This document shows positions 17,897-24,573 of a DNA stretch of 24,573 nt, in pieces. The notes below the pieces were generated by a model. It was not told the DNA's origin. It made no database searches and was given only the letters and a program-made list of their open reading frames with translations. The stretch is from Candidatus Heimdallarchaeota archaeon (GTDB lineage: Archaea > Asgardarchaeota > Heimdallarchaeia > Hodarchaeales > Hodarchaeaceae), in NCBI GenBank assembly GCA_048881705.1, contig JBHLSH010000059.1, positions 1 through 24,573 of the forward strand, read 5' to 3'. A program made the position numbers and the translations under genes. Numbering within the stretch: the stretch's first letter is position 1; every line of letters starts with the position of its first letter.

Positions 17897-19903
17897 ATGG
17901 AGACCTCAGAATTTAGAATCGGAGTTTTTATTTGTCACTGTGGAACCAATATAGCAGGAAAGATTGCTATCGATGAATTAAAGGGGTACATTAGGACCCT
18001 ACCTCATGTTGAAGTTGTCGAAGATACAACCTATGTTTGTAGTGAGGTAGGTCAATCAATCATACACGATACGATTCAAGAGAGAAAATTGAGCCATGTT
18101 GTGGTAGCCGCCTGTTCACCAACCATGCATGAAAAGACTTTCCGAAATACAATTGCAAAGAGCGGTCTAAATCCCTATATGTTGACTATTGCCAACATCC
18201 GAGAAATGGATTCCTGGGTAACAGAGGACCCGAAAACGAGTCTGGAGAAAGCAAAGAAACTGATTACCGCGGCAGTAAAGCGAGTTATCACTCAAGAGCC
18301 CCTAGATGAAGAAAGAACAGAAGTGACGCAACGAGTTATCATTGTAGGTGCAGGAATAGCAGGAATCGAGGCTGCACTCCAGGTAGCTGATGCAGGTAAA
18401 GAAGTGGTCTTAGTTGAAAGATCTTCATCCATTGGAGGACAAATGGCACGTTTTGATAAAACATTTCCGACATTAGATTGCGCTTCTTGTATTCTGACTC
18501 CCAAAATGGTCGATATTGGGCAGCATCCCAATGTTACCCTTTATTCTTACTCTGAAGTGGAGAATGTCTCGGGATCCCCCGGCCAGTTTCAAGTTACTGT
18601 CCGAAGGAAGGCTCGTTCCGTAGATGAGGAATTGTGTACGGGCTGTGGACTCTGTGAGGAAAAATGTCCTGTTAAGAAAATTCCTAGCGAGTTTTATATG
18701 GGTTTAAAGAACCGAAAAGCGATTTATAGACCCTTCCCGCAGGCAGTTCCTCCGTACCCGTTGATCGATAGGGCAAACTGTACATATTTCCTGAAGGAGA
18801 GATGTGCACTATGTGAAAAAATTTGCCCAACAGGTGCAATCGATTTCAATCAAGAAGATGAACTAATAGAGGTGGATGCTGGTGCCATCATTTTGGCAAC
18901 AGGGTACGAGACATTTGATGCACGAACGGTTCCTCAATATGGGTATGGCGAATTGGAGAATGTTTTCAAAGCATTGGAGATTGAAATCCTGCTCAACGCA
19001 TCGGGACCGACGAATGGATCCTTATATCTTAGGAAGGACGGAAAACTAACAGATCAGCAACCTAAATCGGTTGGGATCATCCATTGTGTCGGGTCTCGTG
19101 ACGAGAATCACAACGCGTACTGTTCGAGGGTTTGTTGCATGTATTCCCTTAAATATGCACATCTAATCAAAGAACGAACCAATGCAACTGTTTTTCAATT
19201 CTACATCGATATCAGAGCCTTCGGCAAGGGGTATGAGGAATTTTATGATCGGTTACAGAAAGAAGGGGTCATATTCGTGCGAGGTAAACCCGCTAAAGTA
19301 TTGAAACAGATTAAGAATGGTGTCGAAAAGCTTATAGTTCAGGTAGAAGATTCCATTAGTCAAAAAGTTATGCATGTTCCCTTAGATATGGTCATACTAA
19401 GTGACGCGATCGTAGCCCGACATGATGCGAAAGCAATGGCCAATATGTTTGGCATAGGGTGCGGGGCGGAAAACTTCTTCACAGAGAAACATCCGAAGCT
19501 GGCTCCCGTTGGTACTCAGGTCGAAGGTATTTATTTGGCCGGCACATGTCAAGGTCCCAAGGATATTCCAGATTCTGTTGCCCAGGGAGCGGCTGCCGCG
19601 TCGGGCGCTTTGAGCCTATTGTCTCGAGGGTACATACTGGTTGAACCTACAATAGCTACAGTCAATGAAGAGCTCTGTTCAAACTGCAAGATGTGTATTT
19701 CCGTCTGTCCTTTCGACGCAATTACTGAAGATACTGAAAAGAAAGTGGCGGTTATTACAGCAACAAAATGTCAAGGTTGTGGTTTATGCGTTTCTATCTG
19801 TCCCTCTGGAGCTATCCATCAATACTATTACTCTGATGAGGCAATTCTTTCGGAAATCGAAGGAATTATAGAATCGGCACAAACCGTATATGGAACGGGG
19901 TGA
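17897..19903 (+). CDS. hdrA: Heterodisulfide reductase subunit A (stand-alone)
   Basis: IGVFICHCG, GAGIAG, KTFPTLDCASCILTPK, YCSRVCC, EKHPKL, GPKDI, C-terminal 2x[4Fe-4S] motifs. Confidence 0.93.
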   Translation: METSEFRIGVFICHCGTNIAGKIAIDELKGYIRTLPHVEVVEDTTYVCSEVGQSIIHDTIQERKLSHVVVAACSPTMHEKTFRNTIAKSGLNPYMLTIANIREMDSWVTEDPKTSLEKAKKLITAAVKRVITQEPLDEERTEVTQRVIIVGAGIAGIEAALQVADAGKEVVLVERSSSIGGQMARFDKTFPTLDCASCILTPKMVDIGQHPNVTLYSYSEVENVSGSPGQFQVTVRRKARSVDEELCTGCGLCEEKCPVKKIPSEFYMGLKNRKAIYRPFPQAVPPYPLIDRANCTYFLKERCALCEKICPTGAIDFNQEDELIEVDAGAIILATGYETFDARTVPQYGYGELENVFKALEIEILLNASGPTNGSLYLRKDGKLTDQQPKSVGIIHCVGSRDENHNAYCSRVCCMYSLKYAHLIKERTNATVFQFYIDIRAFGKGYEEFYDRLQKEGVIFVRGKPAKVLKQIKNGVEKLIVQVEDSISQKVMHVPLDMVILSDAIVARHDAKAMANMFGIGCGAENFFTEKHPKLAPVGTQVEGIYLAGTCQGPKDIPDSVAQGAAAASGALSLLSRGYILVEPTIATVNEELCSNCKMCISVCPFDAITEDTEKKVAVITATKCQGCGLCVSICPSGAIHQYYYSDEAILSEIEGIIESAQTVYGTG

Positions 19904-20385
19904 GCACCATGGAAGCTGTTGAAGTTAAATCCAAACAAGAACTTGAATTCAAGCCAACGATAATTGGGTTTTATTGTAAATGGTGTACACACGCCGCAGC
20001 TGACCTTGCCGGAACAAGTCGAATGCCCGTATCGGCGGACGTGATTGGCATCCGTGTTCCGTGCTCGGGACGTGTGGATCCCAGCTTCATTGTCCAGGCA
20101 TTCACAAAAGGAGCCGATGGGGTATTGATCGGGGGGTGCCATCTTGGTGACTGTCATTATGAAGATGGGAATTATAGCGCGTACAAAAGAGTGAAACTGT
20201 TACAAAAACTCCTTGATGCCTATGGAATTGAGCCAGCTCGCGTGAGGATCGAATGGATTTCGGCCTCTGAGGCCAAAAAGTACCAACAAACTCTAGATGA
20301 GTTTTCCGCTACGATTAAGGAACTGGGGCCCCTGAACTGGGGTAAACATCTGAAACAGCGTGAATTTTCTAGGATGGAGGTATAA
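19900..20385 (+). CDS. mvhD: MvhD/FlpD [2Fe-2S] hydrogenase delta subunit; likely start ATG at 19909
   Basis: FYCKWCTHAAADLAGTSR, RVPCSGRV, GCHLGDCHY, WISASE; GGTGA five bases before ATG 19909. Confidence 0.92.
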   Translation: MSTMEAVEVKSKQELEFKPTIIGFYCKWCTHAAADLAGTSRMPVSADVIGIRVPCSGRVDPSFIVQAFTKGADGVLIGGCHLGDCHYEDGNYSAYKRVKLLQKLLDAYGIEPARVRIEWISASEAKKYQQTLDEFSATIKELGPLNWGKHLKQREFSRMEV

Positions 20386-20388
20386 AAG

Positions 20389-21354
20389 ATGAGTGATGAA
20401 AAAGCCAAAATCGCCTTTTATTGGGCAGCATCGTGTGGAGGTTGTGAAATTGCGATCTTGGACTTGGATGAAACGGTCCTGGACGTGGCTGCAAAAGCAG
20501 ATATTGTTTTTTGGCCTGTAGCTGTTGATACGAAATATCAAGATGTCGAGTCAATGCCTGACAATTCAATTGATGTTACATTCTTTAACGGAGGGATCAG
20601 GAATTCCGAAGCAGTACATGTCGCCAAATTGCTTAGAAAAAAGTCCAAATTTTTGGTGGCTTTCGGAACGTGTGCCCATTGTGGCGGAGTACCAGCTCTG
20701 GCAAACTTCAAGGATAAAAACTCTATTTTTGAACGTGTATACAAAACCACACCGAGTACAAGGAATCCTGACGAAGTTTACCCGAGTACCTCGTATACCA
20801 CAAAAGAGGGTGAAATCACCATCCCCGAATTCTTCGATGCTGTTTATCCCTTAGATGAAGTTGTACCTGTGGATTACTATGTTCCGGGTTGCCCGCCTAC
20901 CAAAAAATGGATTATAGCTGGAGTTACAGCTTTCTTAACAGGTGAACTTCCGCCTAGGGGCACAGTGATTGCAGAAGAGTTCGCTCTATGCAAAGAATGT
21001 CCTCGGGAGAAGCCTGAAAAACATGTGATCAAGGAATTCAAGAGAATTTGGGAAGTTATGGAGATCGATCCAGAAAAATGCTTGTTAGAACAAGGAATAA
21101 TCTGTTTGGGACCTGCAACACGTGGAGGATGTGAGGCTAGATGTATCACAACAAATTACCCTTGTCGTGGCTGTTTTGGACCTGCTCCCAATATTGTTGA
21201 CATTGGGGCCAAGATGACTAGTGTGTTGGGTTCTATTATTGAAGCAAGTGATGAATCCGCGATGGAAGACGTAATTGCAGAAATACCAGATTTTGCAGGG
21301 ACAATGTATGAGTTCACGGCCGGTAGATCGGCATTCCTAAGGAGGAAAACATAA
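20389..21354 (+). CDS. mvhG: F420-non-reducing [NiFe] hydrogenase small subunit
   Basis: ASCGGCE, AFGTCA, VPGCPP, CLLEQGIICLGPATRGGC...CRGCFGP; GGAGGT RBS. Confidence 0.9.
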   Translation: MSDEKAKIAFYWAASCGGCEIAILDLDETVLDVAAKADIVFWPVAVDTKYQDVESMPDNSIDVTFFNGGIRNSEAVHVAKLLRKKSKFLVAFGTCAHCGGVPALANFKDKNSIFERVYKTTPSTRNPDEVYPSTSYTTKEGEITIPEFFDAVYPLDEVVPVDYYVPGCPPTKKWIIAGVTAFLTGELPPRGTVIAEEFALCKECPREKPEKHVIKEFKRIWEVMEIDPEKCLLEQGIICLGPATRGGCEARCITTNYPCRGCFGPAPNIVDIGAKMTSVLGSIIEASDESAMEDVIAEIPDFAGTMYEFTAGRSAFLRRKT

Positions 21355-22833
21355 ATGAAGGTTAATTCTAAGAATATTGTTATTGATCCGATAACGCGAC
21401 TGGAAGGCCATGGGAAGATCCATATTTTTCTGAATGATCAAAATACGGTTGAAAATGCATATTTTCAAGTTCCAGAACTGAGAGGCTTCGAACGTTTTTG
21501 CGAGGGGAGATTGGTCGAAGAAATGCCGAGGATTACTACCCGGATATGTGGTGTTTGTCCTGGTGCTCACCATATGGCTTCCAGTAAGGCCTTGGATAAT
21601 GTTTTCAATGTCGTTCCTCCAGAACCCGCGAAAAAGCTTCGGGAGCTTTATTACTCGGCACACATGATTCATAGTCACATTGCTCATTTCTATGCATTGG
21701 GTGGTCCTGATTTTGTAGTAGGCCCATCGGCGCCACCGAGTAAGAGAAATATTCTCGGTGTCGTTGAAACAGTTGGAGTAGATATTGGAAAGGAAGTGAT
21801 AAAGCACCGCTCCTATGCACAACGGATTCAAGCGATAATTGCGGCGGATGCAGTCCTTCCCTGTGCTGGCGTACCAGGGGGAATGCTGAAATCCATCTCT
21901 GAAGAAGAACGAGCTCAGATCGAAGAGTGGGCTAAATCTTTGGTTGAGTTTTCTAAATTCACACTAAAAATTTTCCATGACGTTGTGCTGGGCAACGAGG
22001 CAAACAAAGCCTTAGTCCTTGACCCTGGATACTATATGAAGAGTTATTATATGGGACTGGTGGACAAGAATAGACATGTAAACTTTTATGATGGTGAAAT
22101 CCGAGTTATCGATCCCAAAGGGAAGGAATATGCACAGTTTGCTCCCAAGGATTACTTGGAATATATTGAAGAACAGCCACTGCCGTATTCCTACCTGAAA
22201 GTCGTTTATCTAAAGAATATAGGATGGAAAGGGCTCATTGAGGGGATGGATTCAGGGATTTATCGCGTAGCACCTCTGGCGCGATTAAACGTGGCAGATG
22301 GCATGGCGACTCCGTTGGCTAATGAAGAGTACAAGGCCATGATGAACGTACTGGGAAAGCCTGCTCATCACACCCTGGGAAATCATTGGGCGCGCGTTAT
22401 AGAGCTACTCTATGCAAGTGAACGCCTCCTAGAGCTTGTAAAAGATCCCCAAATCACTTCTACTGATCTTCGAGCTGAACCAAATGAACCTGATGAAGGT
22501 GTAGGCGTAGTCGAAGCTCCTAGAGGGACATTAATCCACCACTACAAAACTGACAAGAAGGGTGTTATCATAAAAGATGGAGTGAATCTTATCGTTGCAA
22601 CTGCTCACAATAATGCTCCCATTTGTCTTTCGATAAAGAAGGCAGCACAACAGTTCATAAAGGGGCCAGATGTCGAGGATGGTATGTTGAATATGGTGGA
22701 GATGGCATTTAGAGCGTACGATCCGTGCTTCGCCTGTGCTACCCATAGCTTACCTGGACAGATGCCCCTAGAAGTTCTTGTCCATGATAAGGACAATAGG
22801 GTAAAATGGCGAGAGTCACAGTATATAAGGTAA
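21355..22833 (+). CDS. mvhA: [NiFe] hydrogenase large subunit (MvhA, group 3c type) with cleavable C-terminal extension
   Basis: TRLEGHG, L1 RICGVCPGAH, EAPRG, L2 DPCFACATH followed by a 28-residue tail. Confidence 0.92.
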   Translation: MKVNSKNIVIDPITRLEGHGKIHIFLNDQNTVENAYFQVPELRGFERFCEGRLVEEMPRITTRICGVCPGAHHMASSKALDNVFNVVPPEPAKKLRELYYSAHMIHSHIAHFYALGGPDFVVGPSAPPSKRNILGVVETVGVDIGKEVIKHRSYAQRIQAIIAADAVLPCAGVPGGMLKSISEEERAQIEEWAKSLVEFSKFTLKIFHDVVLGNEANKALVLDPGYYMKSYYMGLVDKNRHVNFYDGEIRVIDPKGKEYAQFAPKDYLEYIEEQPLPYSYLKVVYLKNIGWKGLIEGMDSGIYRVAPLARLNVADGMATPLANEEYKAMMNVLGKPAHHTLGNHWARVIELLYASERLLELVKDPQITSTDLRAEPNEPDEGVGVVEAPRGTLIHHYKTDKKGVIIKDGVNLIVATAHNNAPICLSIKKAAQQFIKGPDVEDGMLNMVEMAFRAYDPCFACATHSLPGQMPLEVLVHDKDNRVKWRESQYIR

Positions 22834-22852
22834 ATAATGCCAGTTTCCCTCC

Positions 22853-23359
22853 TTACTTACTTTTCTTTTCATCTTGGTTCTTATTATTTTCATTTAGAAA
22901 GTACCTGATTTCTTCTAGAACCAACTTTATAATCTTGGGGATCTTCCTTTGGGTTTCTGCTGAAATCTGATCCGAAAATTCTTTTTGCCTGGGTATTTCA
23001 ACCCCTATGATTCGGATTATATCAGGCATGAGTTCAATCGCAGTCTTTTTTCCCAATTCTAGAGCAGTAGGAAAATTAACATCATGAGGAGAACTGAGAA
23101 ATGTAGAATTGGAAAAATCTTCTGGTGTGATCTTCAAAATCCGTTTATGTAGAGAATCCGTCTCGATCGTATCGATAATCAATACTTTTTCGTATCCCAG
23201 AATTGATTCCAGGATTAAAAGCCCCCCACTTGAGATTTGTTTGTAATCTATCCCAGGAGGTCCGATTTCTGAGATCTCTCTGAGAATTCTCGGGCCTAAT
23301 GCATCGTCTCCTGCAAGTTCGTTTCCAATACCTAGGATCAGGATTTTCGAGGGGGACAT
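22853..23359 (-). CDS. Hydrogenase maturation protease (HycI/HybD family)
   Basis: ILGIGNELAGDDALG, IIDT, SPHD metal-ligand pattern; next to mvhA. Confidence 0.88.
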   Translation of the reverse strand: MSPSKILILGIGNELAGDDALGPRILREISEIGPPGIDYKQISSGGLLILESILGYEKVLIIDTIETDSLHKRILKITPEDFSNSTFLSSPHDVNFPTALELGKKTAIELMPDIIRIIGVEIPRQKEFSDQISAETQRKIPKIIKLVLEEIRYFLNENNKNQDEKKSK

Positions 23360-23631
23360 TAACCTATTCTCACAAAACTGAATTAACCATACTAGAAAGT
23401 CAGAATTGTATCCGATTAAAGAGATGATCTAGAGATTTTTTGTTGATTGGGTCGGCAATAGTTTGGCATGGAAGATCATTGGGGGGGAATCACTACCTGC
23501 TTATCTTTTTTTGATTTAAGATGACTATTGTCAGAGGTTTTGCAGGTTTTGAACTGAGAAAGTTCCAAAACCGGGTTAGGATCGTTTGTTGTAATAAAAT
23601 TCATAAGTTTACATTAATGTCAATAAAAAAT

Positions 23632-23648
23632 GAAAAAACTTTTTAATA
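23632..23648 (+). promoter_or_regulatory. Candidate BRE/TATA for the Cys-rich ORF at 23702
   Basis: GAAAAAAC-TTTTTAATA about 55 bp upstream of the ATG. Confidence 0.4.
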
Positions 23649-23701
23649 GATTAGACAAGTCATATACCAACCCTTGAATGGTTTATATATAGTGATAGAA
23701 A

Positions 23702-24112
23702 ATGACTACTCCTGCAGAAACTAGGGGATCACTTCCGGAACAAAACGAAGAGGAAGTTCGGGAAATGAATTCTCGATTTGGTTGGAAATGGGCAGTATTA
23801 GCATCTACCATGGGAACGCTTTACCAGCGAGGTGAACTTCCTTCCAACAACTTGGTACAGAAGTTAAGATTATCCCGTAATAAATTAGAAAGTGGCTGCT
23901 ATTCTTTGTGTGAGACAGCATGTGATCTAAGGGATATCGAGACTGAAATGTTCCCATTGCTCACTAAACTAGGGCCACAAGAAACTGACGGGTTCCTTGA
24001 ACTTAGCAGTAAGGCTGTCAGTGGAAGGATAACAGCTGAAGACCTTAATCTCACAGGTCTCCAACCGATCGCTTCAGACTGTACGTCCCTTCCTTGTGTT
24101 TGTCAAAAATAG
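23702..24112 (+). CDS. Hypothetical Cys-rich protein (136 aa)
   Basis: Only long ORF in the interval, preceded by a promoter-like element; GCYSLCETACDL and C-terminal DCTSLPCVCQK. Confidence 0.75.
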   Translation: MTTPAETRGSLPEQNEEEVREMNSRFGWKWAVLASTMGTLYQRGELPSNNLVQKLRLSRNKLESGCYSLCETACDLRDIETEMFPLLTKLGPQETDGFLELSSKAVSGRITAEDLNLTGLQPIASDCTSLPCVCQK

Positions 24113-24132
24113 TGTACACATGCCCAAATTAT

Positions 24133-24158
24133 CCTTAATTGTTCTAGTCCAATTAAGG
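24133..24158. terminator. Perfect 9-bp inverted repeat between convergent genes (possible bidirectional terminator or hairpin)
   Basis: CCTTAATTG-TTCTAGTC-CAATTAAGG, 20 bp after the stop of the Cys-rich ORF. Confidence 0.4.
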
Positions 24159-24348
24159 CGTTTTCATTGAAATGGAAGTAACTACGGATATAGCCAGAAC
24201 TCTAAAAAGCAAACTTAGTTCAGTATCCCAGATAACGGAGGGTTCGAGGCTCCAAAACGGACTGAATTGTTCATACAGCCATATTAATTGATTCGTGGAT
24301 ATAATTCGGAGATAAAGGACGATTCTGATTCCCGAAAGGTTAATATGT

Positions 24349-24573
24349 CTAAGCGTTTACTGCGAACTTCTTCAGGAAGTCTCGGGCCTTTATAGTATGC
24401 ATTTGCAGTCCAGGCCTTAAATTTAATCCTAAACTCAGTCCGAGGAGCTCGGGATACACGAACACTGGAATTTTTGTCTTACTGCCGAATTGTTTGGCCA
24501 TTAATACCTGGCCAACATCATATGAAACGTAACAAGAGGGGCAAATGGTAACCATCCCGTCTACATTAGCTTT
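24349..24573 (-). CDS. hdrB: HdrB-like CCG-domain protein, C-terminal part only (gene begins outside the window)
   Basis: Open to the window edge: KANVDGMVTICPSCYVSYDVGQ...IPVFVYPELLGLSLG...H, matching the HdrB C-terminus. Confidence 0.75.
   Translation of the reverse strand, partial: KANVDGMVTICPSCYVSYDVGQVLMAKQFGSKTKIPVFVYPELLGLSLGLNLRPGLQMHTIKARDFLKKFAVNA

Noticed and set aside
18199-18225. Second HdrA has REMDSWVT where the first has REQCSWVH
   Set aside because: As I recall, Asp at this position (RExDSWVH) occurs in characterized methanogen HdrA, so it is not evidence of novelty without an alignment.
2166-22796. Many 60-165 aa ORFs overlapping the main genes (e.g. 2717-2986, 5716-6159, 15058-15417, 19828-20157, 21337-21831)
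   Set aside because: They are antisense or alternate-frame shadows of well-supported genes, with no recognisable motifs or RBS.
9325-22833. Selenocysteine recoding of HdrA, MvhD or MvhA, as known for some Methanococcales and Lokiarchaeia homologs
   Set aside because: All these ORFs are uninterrupted. The usual Sec positions (HdrA DCxxC region, MvhD Cys motifs, MvhA DPCxxC) are Cys here, and I recognised no SECIS-like element.
24237-24254. GGAGGGTTCGAGGCTCC looks like a tRNA T-arm
   Set aside because: The stem/loop register does not fit a 5-bp stem with a 7-nt loop, and no acceptor, D or anticodon arms can be built around it.
1-24573. CRISPR arrays, rRNA/tRNA genes, transposases or integrases
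   Set aside because: No regularly spaced repeats, RNA-gene signatures or recombinase/transposase ORFs were found by eye.

Overview
This window reads as a gene-dense anaerobic energy-metabolism locus of an archaeon. The evidence is BRE/TATA-like promoters (CGAAAAG-T(T)ATAA), GGTGA/GGAGGT ribosome-binding sites and the Hdr/Mvh/Kor gene content. An Asgard- or Bathyarchaeia-like host is plausible but is inference only. Left to right: sdhC (partial) and sdhD membrane anchors, a DUF362 protein, an MFS transporter, a SAM methyltransferase, a LarA-family nickel-pincer racemase, an adaA/adaB alkylation-repair pair and a short ferritin-like fragment. Next is a tightly packed minus-strand operon korD-korA-korB-hdrA(mvhD-fused)-hdrC-hdrB, then an SDR and a displaced korC. 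A plus-strand operon follows: HdrD-like CCG protein, hdrA, mvhD, mvhG, mvhA ([NiFe] group 3c type). The window ends with a convergent hydrogenase maturation protease, an unannotated Cys-rich protein and the 3' end of another HdrB-like gene. The strongest leads are: (1) apparent co-transcription of a 2-oxoacid:ferredoxin oxidoreductase with a hydrogenase-less HdrABC/MvhD module; (2) two MvhD docking modules and three different CCG subunits around one hydrogenase; (3) a half-degenerate HdrD-like subunit; (4) a Cys-rich small protein that could be an Fe-S or thiol carrier; (5) a recurrent (T/A)AAC-N4-GTTA motif upstream of the energy operons. I found no tRNA, rRNA, CRISPR array, transposase or Sec/Pyl recoding. 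All family calls come from motif recognition by eye, not database searches.
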